A stretch of 64,000 nt of DNA from a virus (IMGVR_UViG_3300046492_000369:1-64000), one strand, 5' to 3'; shown: positions 36,696 to 45,720, numbered from the stretch's first letter. Notes: generated by a model from the sequence alone, not told the origin. A program made the numbers and translations.

Positions 36696-37937
36696 TCAGG
36701 ACAATGCATAATTACTTCCCCTGATTAGTTGCCCCAAGTTGTTATTCAGTTTGGTGTAGGTACCTGGCACACCATGAATCTGGCTCAGAATGTCAGCCAG
36801 CAGCTCGCTCTCAGCCAGCTCAGCAAAGATGTTGATGTAGTGTTGGCGCAGGTGGTTCATGTGATTACCGCCACACTTGAACTCGTCATGGACGGTCACC
36901 ACTGGGAAGGGCTTGTGCTTCAACATCGAAAACACGATACCAGTCAGCCCTTCTAAATGCTGCGTGGAGAGCTGGTGCACGTTGTTGTCATTGACGTATG
37001 GGAGGATCACGACATCAGCGATGCCACTACGGTTGTACTGCTCGATGTAGTAGGCCAGCTTGGTGCCAGCCTTCACATCCAATGCCGTGCAGCTGTGATT
37101 CTGGCGTATGCTGAGCTCTGCCATCATTACATCGTAGGCATTGTTCGCCATGGCTTCATCATAGTTGCAGCGACGCTGGATGCAGCGCAGGATGTAAGCA
37201 TCGACACTGTGGATCACATTGGCAGCATTGGCCCGGCCCTTCTCTTCCGGTTCATTGACAGCAAAGTTGTAGGTGAACGAGGTGTGATCGAGCTCATCAA
37301 TCTCGATGCGCGCGTCCTTGTCTACCATGACCTTGATCCGCGCATCATACCCGTCCGGCAGCTTCCATGCATGTACCAATGCATGAGGTTGCCAAGAATC
37401 CAACAGTTCCTGTAACAGGATCCACGCCCCTGGTCCGATGATGCTGGCTGCTTCATAGAAGGCTGCCAGTTCCGGGGTATCTTCCCCGAAGATCTTCTTC
37501 GGTTCAGCCTTGGAGCCATACAAGGACTTCATGTAGGCATCCTTGGAGTCGTTCCTGCTTACCCCTGTGCTGACACCGAGGATGTCCTTCATGACCTCAT
37601 TGAGCTCAGTATAGGCATCCGACCGCACATTCGGATCAACCAAGCCAGTGGCAGTAGCGCCCTTGATGCAGCCAGTGAGCACGCTCATGATCTGCAAGCC
37701 AGAACAGCAGGCATCCAGTCCAACCAGATGGCCGGTTGGTTCACCATTCAATACCTTGCGGATGGTCAGTACCGCCTTCATATACAGCGGCTTCTTGTCT
37801 GCTTTATCTGCCAATGCTTCTAATTGATGCAGGTTGTTGTTAGCCCATTCGATACGTTCTTCGAACAGCAATTTATCCAAGCCAAAATGATTAGCCAAAT
37901 CAATCAGCAAGTATTCCCAGCCTGAGTATAAAACCAT
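36696..37937 (-). CDS. N4-type RNA polymerase II subunit 2 (gp16-like)
   Basis: FGLDKLLFEERIEW, GLDACCSGLQ (A), RNDSKDAYMKSLYG (B), NVIHSVDA, VHDEF (C). Confidence 0.95.
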   Translation of the reverse strand: MVLYSGWEYLLIDLANHFGLDKLLFEERIEWANNNLHQLEALADKADKKPLYMKAVLTIRKVLNGEPTGHLVGLDACCSGLQIMSVLTGCIKGATATGLVDPNVRSDAYTELNEVMKDILGVSTGVSRNDSKDAYMKSLYGSKAEPKKIFGEDTPELAAFYEAASIIGPGAWILLQELLDSWQPHALVHAWKLPDGYDARIKVMVDKDARIEIDELDHTSFTYNFAVNEPEEKGRANAANVIHSVDAYILRCIQRRCNYDEAMANNAYDVMMAELSIRQNHSCTALDVKAGTKLAYYIEQYNRSGIADVVILPYVNDNNVHQLSTQHLEGLTGIVFSMLKHKPFPVVTVHDEFKCGGNHMNHLRQHYINIFAELAESELLADILSQIHGVPGTYTKLNNNLGQLIRGSNYALS

Positions 37938-37949
37938 GTTATTTCTCCT

Positions 37950-38180
37950 TTATAGTGGAATGTTCAGTACTAAGCAGAGCATCTTGATCTCTGCCGGGAT
38001 ATCTGAAAGATTAATTGGACTGGTATGGGATACCGTTATTACGCGGTACCAGAATGCAGATTTATTGCCCCAATGATGTCCAAGCTTTTCTCGAATGATA
38101 GCGCCATAAGGAAGAAACTTTGGCCATTCATCGTATTCTCCATACAGTTTGCCTTCGTAAAACACGATAACCTTAGCCAT
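37950..38180 (-). CDS. paralog array member 5
   Basis: MAKVIVFYEG...FWYR...IPAEIKMLCLVLNIPL; SD AAGGAG. Confidence 0.8.
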   Translation of the reverse strand: MAKVIVFYEGKLYGEYDEWPKFLPYGAIIREKLGHHWGNKSAFWYRVITVSHTSPINLSDIPAEIKMLCLVLNIPL

Positions 38181-38189
38181 AAGTCTCCT

Positions 38190-38408
38190 TTATAGATTCA
38201 ATACCAGTGCCAGCATTTGAGTTTTCTTAGGTACATTATGTACTGGGATAATTACTCCATCGGTGTTATACCAATTAGTTGGAATACCCATCAATGGTTG
38301 ATAAGTACGATTGAACACATAGATATCATCTCTACATTCTGGTAGATCGTACCAATGATTAGATGATGCTATTACTTTGTCATTCTGAAATACTGTGAAG
38401 AGCGCCAT
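38190..38408 (-). CDS. paralog array member 4
   Basis: MALFTVFQND...NWYN...VPKKTQMLALVLNL; SD AGGAG. Confidence 0.8.
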   Translation of the reverse strand: MALFTVFQNDKVIASSNHWYDLPECRDDIYVFNRTYQPLMGIPTNWYNTDGVIIPVHNVPKKTQMLALVLNL

Positions 38409-38416
38409 GTAATCTC

Positions 38417-38653
38417 CTATAGATTTAATACCAATGCCAGCATCTGTAATACCTTGGGTACATCCTCGATTAATACTGGTGTCTTATCTGATCTGTACCA
38501 TCGAGTGTATTTGTTTTCTGGGACATGGACATAAGCACCGTTATAGACCTCGTGATAATCCTCCATGGATCGTAGATATTGGTGATATTCCTTCCAGCTA
38601 TCGAACTCACCGAATACCTGAGTTCCATAGAAGACCACTAATTGCTTTGCCAT
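38417..38653 (-). CDS. paralog array member 3
   Basis: MAKQLVVFYG...RWYR...VPKVLQMLALVLNL; SD AGGAGG. Confidence 0.8.
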   Translation of the reverse strand: MAKQLVVFYGTQVFGEFDSWKEYHQYLRSMEDYHEVYNGAYVHVPENKYTRWYRSDKTPVLIEDVPKVLQMLALVLNL

Positions 38654-38661
38654 GTAGCCTC

Positions 38662-38904
38662 CTATGGATAGACCAATGCGGTCATCTGATATTGTTTAGG
38701 TACTTCACCCAATTCCAATAGTTCCCATTGATTGCCTTTGTCACGTCCAAGCGTACTGTAGAACACACGCACCCATGCCCATTCAGTTCCAATCTTCTGA
38801 CATGCGATGGTATCTACAGGTAATCCATAAGGCCGAGGCAGTGTTTGTACCACCAGCCCCAGCACCCTGCCATCCGGGTAGAACAGGATGAGATTTGATG
38901 CCAT
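38662..38904 (-). CDS. paralog array member 2
   Basis: MASNLILFYPDG...AWVR...VPKQYQMTALVYP; SD AGGAG. Confidence 0.8.
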   Translation of the reverse strand: MASNLILFYPDGRVLGLVVQTLPRPYGLPVDTIACQKIGTEWAWVRVFYSTLGRDKGNQWELLELGEVPKQYQMTALVYP

Positions 38905-38913
38905 TGGTTTCTC

Positions 38914-39195
38914 CTATGGATGGACGAGTGCGATCATCTGGAACTTCTTAGGTGGATCAGCACGACCGGGACCATAATGAACCCAATCTATCTGAAGAGA
39001 CTTATCTGATTGGCTCCAGCTTGCCATTCTTAATTGGCTCCATGGATCTTGTAATGGATAACCTTTTAGTTCAGGGTTATATGCCCATGTACCAATCGGA
39101 TGGTCTATCTTATTGGGATATCCCATCCCTGCATATTCCACAATGGTTCCATCAGGATAGAACAACAGCAGTCTAGTAACCACTTGGTACCCCAC
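38914..39195 (-). CDS. paralog array member 1
   Basis: ...RLLLFYPDG...PWSQ...PPKKFQMIALVHP; GTG start inside the 3' end of the RNAP subunit 1 gene. Confidence 0.75.
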   Translation of the reverse strand: MGYQVVTRLLLFYPDGTIVEYAGMGYPNKIDHPIGTWAYNPELKGYPLQDPWSQLRMASWSQSDKSLQIDWVHYGPGRADPPKKFQMIALVHP

Positions 39196-40111
39196 TCAAA
39201 TATTCCTGATCAGCTAATTCGATCATGGCTTTCTTGAAGGCTGCTCCTTGTGGATTAATGTGATAACCCTGCGAGTAGATCCGACCACGCTTGTCTACCT
39301 TATGGGTCATGTAGAATACATTCCCCTGGCTGGCCATCAGGTCATACATCTGGTAGCTGTGACGCTTGAACATCTTCCAGTTGTCGATCTTCTCCGGTGT
39401 ATCCAACTCATGCGTAGGCTCCTCTTCCACCTTGCACAGAAAGTCCAGTGCCAAGCTCAGTGGTACACGATTCATCAGGTTTAGCACATCGAGACACAGA
39501 TCCCCATCGTGATGGTTACCTGATCCCAATACCAATGAATCATTATGGGTCAGATAACCAGAGCAGAAATTACTCTTCAATTCCAATGGCTCAATCACCA
39601 TGGGAGGCAGGCACCGGCTCTCTTCAATGAAGGTGATCAGTTTCTCGCTAAGTGGCATCCTGCTGATGATGCACAGGCTAGCCATGCGATCGGGCTTCAC
39701 GATATCGAAGGCATCGGTATTACACAGTACGGCAATCAGTTCAGCAATGGTAGTAATGGCTTCCACCTTGTCACTGAACCGTAAACGTGATGCCATCTGA
39801 GCCGTTACTGCCGTGAACAGTTCTTCACGCTGGCAATAAGCAATACCAACGAAGATATCAGTCACCAGTACTTCAATGTCCATGTTCTTGAGCTGAGCAA
39901 CACGGGTATTCTTGGAAGTGAACTCCTTGGTTTCACCATTCTTGGTGGTATAGGTGTAATGCGTATTAATATATTGTTCCACCAGCTTGATACCCTGCTG
40001 GACCTTCTTCTGCATGATGGGATCCGTTTGAATTGCATCACGGATATATCCATCAATATGCTTGCGATTGAATCGCTTTTCATTGTGCTCTTGTACGATG
40101 TAATGGGACAT
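39173..40111 (-). CDS. N4-type RNA polymerase II subunit 1 (gp15-like)
   Basis: LPPMVIEP, SGYLT, DVLNLMN, FYMTHKVDKRGRIYSQGYHINPQG (DxRGR motif). Confidence 0.94.
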   Translation of the reverse strand: MSHYIVQEHNEKRFNRKHIDGYIRDAIQTDPIMQKKVQQGIKLVEQYINTHYTYTTKNGETKEFTSKNTRVAQLKNMDIEVLVTDIFVGIAYCQREELFTAVTAQMASRLRFSDKVEAITTIAELIAVLCNTDAFDIVKPDRMASLCIISRMPLSEKLITFIEESRCLPPMVIEPLELKSNFCSGYLTHNDSLVLGSGNHHDGDLCLDVLNLMNRVPLSLALDFLCKVEEEPTHELDTPEKIDNWKMFKRHSYQMYDLMASQGNVFYMTHKVDKRGRIYSQGYHINPQGAAFKKAMIELADQEYLSGVPSGY

Positions 40112-40114
40112 TAT

Positions 40115-40282
40115 TCACTCCTTGGCTTCTAGTTGAGCAAGTTCTTGTTTACATTTTGCGATCTCAGCCAAGAACACACGTATTTCTGTTGGAGTACTGA
40201 AGGCTAAATAACTCTCTAGTCTGTGAATATATTTGCGCAATATCCTCTTACGCTGCCAAATACGCCACCATTGCTTAATCAT
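40115..40282 (-). CDS. 55-aa hypothetical protein
   Basis: MIKQWWRIWQRKRILRK...; SD AGGAGG. Confidence 0.65.
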   Translation of the reverse strand: MIKQWWRIWQRKRILRKYIHRLESYLAFSTPTEIRVFLAEIAKCKQELAQLEAKE

Positions 40283-40321
40283 TCAATCCTCCTGTAGTTA
40301 TCTGTTGTCGAACACCACCCA

Positions 40322-40338
40322 CAATATGCCCGGAGGGC
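40322..40338 (-). promoter_or_regulatory. vRNAP hairpin promoter (template is the + strand), upstream of the RNAP II operon
   Basis: + strand CAATAT-GCCC-GGA-GGGC; matches the N4 C-GGA-G triloop with C at predicted +1 (40322). Confidence 0.7.
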
Positions 40339-40412
40339 CAACTGTGTATCTGTGGTTTAACTGTCTTGGATGTAGTCTGTCTGTTGTGTAAAGCAACCAA
40401 AGTCGCCAGGAC

Positions 40413-40447
40413 AAAAAGAACACCACCTTCCCCGAAGGGAAGGCGGC
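40413..40447 (-). terminator. intrinsic terminator
   Basis: minus strand GC-rich stem with TTCG loop followed by TTCTTTTT. Confidence 0.8.
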
Positions 40448-40456
40448 AGCAGCATA

Positions 40457-40732
40457 TTACTCAGGCAGATCGAAGCCAGCCGATTCATCCGATACAGCCG
40501 GGTTGTACTCAACTTGCAGTTGAGCCAGCAGTACCTTGATGCGCTCCGGATCAGCCATCAGCCAGTCAGCCAGAGTGGCTTCGTTGGCATAGGCTTCACG
40601 CAGGGTGATGGCACCCAGCTTACGACGGCCACCATCCTTCTTCGGCAGGTAGAAGTTCAGGTAGCCCACGGCCTTCTTGTTGGCCGGGATATTGTTGGAA
40701 CGAGCAGCAGCAGCAGGGCGATTGAATGCCAT
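40457..40732 (-). CDS. conserved early protein, possibly an ssDNA-binding RNAP II cofactor (N4 gp2 analogue)
   Basis: GYLNFYLP...RRKLGAI.L, acidic/aromatic C-terminus GFDLPE; last gene of an early unit; function is inference. Confidence 0.55.
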   Translation of the reverse strand: MAFNRPAAAARSNNIPANKKAVGYLNFYLPKKDGGRRKLGAITLREAYANEATLADWLMADPERIKVLLAQLQVEYNPAVSDESAGFDLPE

Positions 40733-40843
40733 GATAGATTCTCCAGTTGAAGGATTAGAAAATGTAGAAACAAGATAGCGGAAGGAGGGTTTTGCCCTTG
40801 ACCTTCCACCATAAGGACGGAGTCCCGGATGATTAGTGTTAGC

Positions 40844-41155
40844 TTAATGCAGCAAGGTACCAGCCTCAGGCATATGCTCTTCAGCCAGATGCTGCGTATA
40901 AGAAGCAAAGACTTCATTGAACAGCCTGCACAGTATGTCCAATGAGATCTTACTGATGGTTTCAGGATGGTAGAACACCACACCGAACTCTCGGTGCAGT
41001 GCTACTCCTTCCATCTCGAAGTACTCAACGAAATGCAGCTGGTCACAGCAGGGATGCGCAGGCAATAACAGCCGCTGCGCTTCCAGTACCATGTCCCTGG
41101 CTTGGGCCGATGTCACAGGTGCATGTAGTAGCTCCACAGGCAGGTTGATCATCAT
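40844..41155 (-). CDS. early hypothetical protein
   Basis: ATGA-coupled ORF. Confidence 0.65.
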   Translation of the reverse strand: MMINLPVELLHAPVTSAQARDMVLEAQRLLLPAHPCCDQLHFVEYFEMEGVALHREFGVVFYHPETISKISLDILCRLFNEVFASYTQHLAEEHMPEAGTLLH

Positions 41156-41415
41156 GGCTGCACCTTCTGTTCCAGCAGATGCATCATGTGAGCCACACCA
41201 CGCGGCGTCACACAGTGCCGACCATCGTAGCGCACCAAACCAGCATCCATGAGCTCACGGATACGGGCAGAGAACACCTGATGGGATAGGAAGTGTCCCT
41301 TTTGCAGGCGTGTATCGAAGTCACCTTGGTAGATGGCGGTGAGATATAGCAGGTGCAGAGGCTTGAGCTCAAAGCTATTCAAGAACTCCAGTTCCATTTG
41401 GCTTGGCTTGGGCAT
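41152..41415 (-). CDS. early protein, winged-helix-like
   Basis: ATG 41415 after AAGGAG; LSHQVFSARIRELMDAGLV....CVTPRG resembles a MarR/HxlR wing. Confidence 0.6.
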   Translation of the reverse strand: MPKPSQMELEFLNSFELKPLHLLYLTAIYQGDFDTRLQKGHFLSHQVFSARIRELMDAGLVRYDGRHCVTPRGVAHMMHLLEQKVQP

Positions 41416-41471
41416 AGTGATTCTCCTTGTAATTATGACAACTATGGGGCATTGCTGCCCCATATGATTTA

Positions 41472-41699
41472 TTAATGCTCCTGCATGTCAGCAATCATGC
41501 TATCGTACATATCACGACCATGTTGCAAGTATTCAGCACGGCCATACACATACAGACCACGCTTCAGGGCATGCTCACGGTACTCGTGATGCGTGAGATC
41601 GCATGCCGAGCAGTGGCTCATGAAATGATGGGCAGCTTGTGTGTCAACAGGTACAACAGGGTTACGGACATCAGTAGTGATGGTATGCAGCATGGACAT
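41472..41699 (-). CDS. early His/Cys-rich hypothetical protein
   Basis: SD AAGGAG; HHFMSHCSAC. Confidence 0.7.
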   Translation of the reverse strand: MSMLHTITTDVRNPVVPVDTQAAHHFMSHCSACDLTHHEYREHALKRGLYVYGRAEYLQHGRDMYDSMIADMQEH

Positions 41700-41975
41700 G
41701 GTGAACTCCTTGTAGTTTTAACAAGTATAGAGAACAGATAGGGAACACTGATAGAAGGCAACAGTGTACGACAATTAGTATATCGGTGGGATATCGGAAT
41801 GAAGATAAGGATGGATAGATGTGGTGAGTGTAGTTATGCACAGGAGTATGGAGCTAGACATCATGAATACACAGTGCTACTCAGCACAGCCATCCCAGTA
41901 TCCATCAGACTTGCGGTGTAAGTGAGTACTAACTAACTCAGTTAGATTGAGTGAGGGATGAGTACTGAATTAGGA

Positions 41976-41996
41976 CTATCCACACAGTTATCCACA
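41976..41996 (+). promoter_or_regulatory. two tandem DnaA-box-like 9-mers
   Basis: CTATCCACA (41976-84) and perfect TTATCCACA (41988-96). Confidence 0.4.
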
Positions 41997-41999
41997 TCC

Positions 42000-42016
42000 T
42001 CATACAGCCGGAGGCT
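42000..42016 (-). promoter_or_regulatory. vRNAP hairpin promoter
   Basis: + strand CATAC-AGCC-GGA-GGCT in an intergenic region after a terminator. Confidence 0.65.
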
Positions 42017-42130
42017 TATAGTTTAGACCCACTATCCCAAGACGCTGACTTCTGTAGGAAGTTGAGGCCCATGGTGCGCTGGTGCTAGCTATGGTCTGTC
42101 TTATTGTGTGTAATGTGTAGTGTGTGAAGT

Positions 42131-42160
42131 AAAAGCGTGAACCACCCGAAGGTGATTCAC
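42131..42160 (-). terminator. intrinsic terminator
   Basis: minus strand GTGAATCACC-TTCG-GGTGGTTCAC-GCTTTT. Confidence 0.8.
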
Positions 42161-42164
42161 ATTG

Positions 42165-42446
42165 TTACCTATTGCTCAGCTCTGCGATCTTTGCTTTGCG
42201 ATGCGCTTCAGCTGCATCAGCGAATGCATTGAAGTCCACTATCGGTTGATCAGCCAAATCCTCATGCTTGCTATAGATAGCAGGCAGGATGAACATCATA
42301 ACGATGGCCAAGGTAGCAATCGGGAATGCGATCGCTGGATGCAGACCATGACCGAAGTTAATCCAATCCATGCCAAGGTTGAAGGACACGAATGCAGCGA
42401 ACATCAAGCCAATCAGTACGAGATGCTTGAGGAAATTGGTGAACAT
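42165..42446 (-). CDS. early membrane protein (2 TM)
   Basis: two hydrophobic segments; SD AGGAG. Confidence 0.75.
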   Translation of the reverse strand: MFTNFLKHLVLIGLMFAAFVSFNLGMDWINFGHGLHPAIAFPIATLAIVMMFILPAIYSKHEDLADQPIVDFNAFADAAEAHRKAKIAELSNR

Positions 42447-42511
42447 TGTTAGCTCCTGATATTTTGGTTAGATGATGAGCCACCACGGTAAGGTGATGGC
42501 TCATGAATTAC

Positions 42512-42748
42512 TTAAGCAGCAGCTACTTTAGCAGCAGCCTTCTTCTCTGCTTTAGGTAGAGCCGAGATGCCAGCTTCCTTCAGCATTTCCTTGATACGCT
42601 CCTGACGCTTGTGACGTGCTTCGTCTTCGAACGTACCTGCTGCTTCATCTGCCCACGTTGCCAGGTGATTGGCAGCCGATGCAGTCTTTTCGAATGCACC
42701 GAACAGTTGAGTCAGTGCTGCGAACAGAGCGGTGAACATTGCACCCAT
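42512..42748 (-). CDS. first early protein, Ala-rich helical
   Basis: SD AAGGAG, directly behind the first hairpin promoter. Confidence 0.8.
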   Translation of the reverse strand: MGAMFTALFAALTQLFGAFEKTASAANHLATWADEAAGTFEDEARHKRQERIKEMLKEAGISALPKAEKKAAAKVAAA

Positions 42749-42796
42749 GGTGATACTCCTTAGCTAAGTTAATGGAATGATGGTGATCAACCACCA

Positions 42797-42813
42797 CCAT
42801 ATGGGCGGAGCCC
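42797..42813 (-). promoter_or_regulatory. vRNAP hairpin promoter (first early promoter)
   Basis: + strand CCATAT-GGGC-GGA-GCCC, C at predicted +1 (42797). Confidence 0.75.
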
Positions 42814-42819
42814 GGCTGC

Positions 42820-43160
42820 ACCCAGCTCAGAGGCTAAAGAATTCTTTTTGCATATTCACCGGGGGGGATGTTTTGCTTTTCGCTTGGCCATGCTCAGTAC
42901 TACGTGCGTACCTATTTTGTAAAAAATCCCTAAACCTGCAGACGGTTTTCTCACTACACACGTACCCATTTTCCCGATTTCCCCAAAAGTTGGGGTTATA
43001 AATTTTATAATCCCCCTCCCTACAGAGTTTCGTTAAAAATTTTATAACTCTGTCGCTAAAACCTGCGGATTAGCTTACTCTGTGTTGGTTTGTTTCCCTT
43101 CTACATGTTTCTTCTGTACAATCCCCTACGATATAAGGCCGGGGGCCTAACTACGGGATT
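42820..43160. other. probable genome-end / terminal-repeat junction
   Basis: non-coding divergence point between early genes and terminase genes, as at N4-like genome ends; G-run near 42860, AT-rich palindromes at 42992-43053. Confidence 0.55.
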
Positions 43161-43166
43161 AAGCCA

Positions 43167-43871
43167 ATGACAGCACTTGCTCCACTCACCGTTGAACAGT
43201 TCAAGGACGCTCTTCCAGCCAAGATGAAGAAGAGTGTCAATCAAGAGCTGATTGACCAAGTTAATTCGATGCTCTCCGATCCTGCGATGTTTGAACAGTA
43301 TCGGGAGAACTTGGTCAGCTATACCAGCGTCATGAGCGATGGTAAGTTCAAGATTGAGAGCTATGTGGATGCAGTGAAGTATGTAAGCCACAAGCTGCTG
43401 GGGTGTACGAACATTGATGCATACATCAAGACATTCCCGGACAAGCATGCAGCGTTTGTGGCTTCCGGGGTGTCGGCTAAGGATATTGCCTCGTATGTGA
43501 CCGCGTATAACAAGGGCAAGCTGGTGAATCTGATCATGGCCCAGACCTTGGTGCCGAGTTACGTGTTGAACCAGGATCTGTATCAGCGGGCATTGAATGT
43601 GCAGGCAGACCTGATGATGTCGGCCAAGAGCGAGAAGGTACGGTCCGATGCAGCGGCTCACTTGATGAATGCCCTGAAGATGCCTGAGGTGATGAAGGTG
43701 GAGCTGGATGTGGGGGTCAAGGAGGATAGCGCGATTGCTCAGCTGAGGGCAACGACACTGGAATTGTCTCGTATGCAGCGGATGCAGATTGAGGCTGGGG
43801 CGATGAATGCGCAGGAGGCAGCCCACAGCAAACTGATTATCGACATGGGTGATGCGGAGGTGGTGCAATGA
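43167..43871 (+). CDS. probable terminase small subunit (N4 gp69-like)
   Basis: YVDAVKYVSHKL.G, YNKGKLV, SEKVRSDAA..L...LK.PE; precedes terL. Confidence 0.7.
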   Translation: MTALAPLTVEQFKDALPAKMKKSVNQELIDQVNSMLSDPAMFEQYRENLVSYTSVMSDGKFKIESYVDAVKYVSHKLLGCTNIDAYIKTFPDKHAAFVASGVSAKDIASYVTAYNKGKLVNLIMAQTLVPSYVLNQDLYQRALNVQADLMMSAKSEKVRSDAAAHLMNALKMPEVMKVELDVGVKEDSAIAQLRATTLELSRMQRMQIEAGAMNAQEAAHSKLIIDMGDAEVVQ

Positions 43872-44059
43872 TGCGTAGCCGAATGACCAAGAGTGAACGG
43901 GTGGAGTACGTGGTAGTGGGGCTGGTATTGTCAGGTGCCTGCGGGTTGATCCTCGGTGGTGCCTTGTCGATCGCCTTTCATTCCTTCTGGCTTGGAATGA
44001 CGGTGGCAGCTGCGTCTGCTACCTACTTTGGTGTGTTGTACTTTTCGGAGTCTCGATGA
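43868..44059 (+). CDS. small 2-TM membrane protein
   Basis: ATGA overlaps at both ends, hydrophobic. Confidence 0.65.
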   Translation: MMRSRMTKSERVEYVVVGLVLSGACGLILGGALSIAFHSFWLGMTVAAASATYFGVLYFSESR

Positions 44060-45720
44060 TTGGGCTTACCAACGCTGCAGCAGCGATAGCTCTGTCAGCT
44101 TCCTTGGTTTACGGGCCAGTGGTCGAGGCAATTCAGTCGGCTGCACCATGGAAGGTGGAAGACTACCTGAACCACACCAACTATCGGGTGGATCCGAAGT
44201 ATGTGCCCAGTGAATTCGCACTGGAGTTCATTACCTTCATCAAGCTGGTGAACGGGCAGGAAGGGGAAGAGCACAAGACGCCACTAGTGCATTATCACAT
44301 GTTGGACACCCTGACCAAGGGTGGTTCCCGCGTCATCAACCTGTGCCACCGGGGTATCGCCAAGACCACGCTGATGGGGGAATACCTGTTCCTGTACATT
44401 GCCTGCTATGGGGAGATTCCTGGCTTTGGTCGGATCGACCTGGCCCTGTATGTGTCCGACTCGATCGAGAACGGGGTCAAGAACATGCGGAAGAACTTGG
44501 AATTCCGCTGGGAGAACTCGGACTTCCTGAAGCAATACATCCCCGAAGCCCACTTCACGGATATTCGCTGGGCCTTCAAGAATGCTGATGGCAAGATGTT
44601 TGTCATCAAGGGTTACGGCGCGAAGACAGGTGTGCGTGGTGCCAAGGAGATGGGTAAGCGTCCGGGTCTGGCCGTGCTGGATGACTTGATCAGCGACGAA
44701 GATGCGCGCTCGGCTACTGTGATCAGCGCAGTAGAAGATACCGTGTACAAAGCGGTGAACTACGCACTTCACCCGACCAAGAACATGATCATCTGGTCTG
44801 GTACACCATTCAATGCGAAGGATCCTCTGTACAAGGCCGTTGAATCAGGAGCATGGGCGGTCAACGTGTTCCCTGTATGCGAGCAGTTCCCTTGTAGCCG
44901 GGAAGAATTCCGGGGTAGCTGGCCAGACCGCTTCACCTATGACTACGTCAAGAAGCAGTATGACGATGCCGTGAAACTGGGGAAGGTGGAAACCTTCAAC
45001 CAAGAGCTGATGCTGCGGATTATGTCGGAGGAAGACCGACTGATCCGGGATGAGGACATCAAGTGGTTCAAGCTGGAGACTGTTCTCCAGAACAAATCCA
45101 AATTCAACTACTTCATTACCACTGACTTTGCCACTAGTGAGAAGCAGGCCGCCGACTTTTCCATCATCAGCGTCTGGGCATTCAACTCGAATGGCGATTG
45201 GCTCTGGGTAGACGGGATTTGCAAGCGCCAGGACATGGGCAAGAACGTCGATGATCTGTTCAAACTGGCCCAGAAGTGGCGACCCATGGGCGTCGGCATC
45301 GAGGTATCGGGCCAACAGGCAGGCTTTGTTCCTTGGATTCAGGATCAGATGCTGTCCCGGAACATCTATTTCACCTTGGTTTCGGAAGGGAATGACAACA
45401 AGCCGGGTATCCGACCCAACACCAACAAGATGGTGCGTTTCAATACCATGGTGCCGATGTTCAAGGCAGGCAAGATGTACTTCCCCAAGGAACTGGAGAA
45501 GACTACCGCAATGCTGGAGGCGATGAACGAGCTCAGTCTCGCCGCAGTATCCGGATTCCGTAGTAAGCACGATGACTTCATCGACTCGATTTCGATGCTG
45601 TCGAGTATGAAAGCGTGGAAACCATCGGAAGAAGCACCGATCCAGGAATCCGAAAGCGGGATGTGGGAGATCGAAACCAACGATGCTTCTGCCGATCGCA
45701 TGTCCTCTTACATTGTTTAA
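44056..45720 (+). CDS. terL: terminase large subunit
   Basis: HRGIAKTT (Walker A), GVRG, AVLDD (Walker B), SGTP, TTDFATS and HDDFIDS nuclease acidic motifs. Confidence 0.95.
   Translation: MIGLTNAAAAIALSASLVYGPVVEAIQSAAPWKVEDYLNHTNYRVDPKYVPSEFALEFITFIKLVNGQEGEEHKTPLVHYHMLDTLTKGGSRVINLCHRGIAKTTLMGEYLFLYIACYGEIPGFGRIDLALYVSDSIENGVKNMRKNLEFRWENSDFLKQYIPEAHFTDIRWAFKNADGKMFVIKGYGAKTGVRGAKEMGKRPGLAVLDDLISDEDARSATVISAVEDTVYKAVNYALHPTKNMIIWSGTPFNAKDPLYKAVESGAWAVNVFPVCEQFPCSREEFRGSWPDRFTYDYVKKQYDDAVKLGKVETFNQELMLRIMSEEDRLIRDEDIKWFKLETVLQNKSKFNYFITTDFATSEKQAADFSIISVWAFNSNGDWLWVDGICKRQDMGKNVDDLFKLAQKWRPMGVGIEVSGQQAGFVPWIQDQMLSRNIYFTLVSEGNDNKPGIRPNTNKMVRFNTMVPMFKAGKMYFPKELEKTTAMLEAMNELSLAAVSGFRSKHDDFIDSISMLSSMKAWKPSEEAPIQESESGMWEIETNDASADRMSSYIV

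Noticed and set aside
37950-39195. CRISPR array, integron cassettes or DGR as explanation for the repeated junctions
   Set aside because: Repeats are degenerate and coding; no cas, integrase, attC palindromes or reverse transcriptase in the window
41938-41997. 19-codon ORF MWITVWIV...
   Set aside because: No RBS; the peptide is simply what tandem DnaA-box sequence translates to
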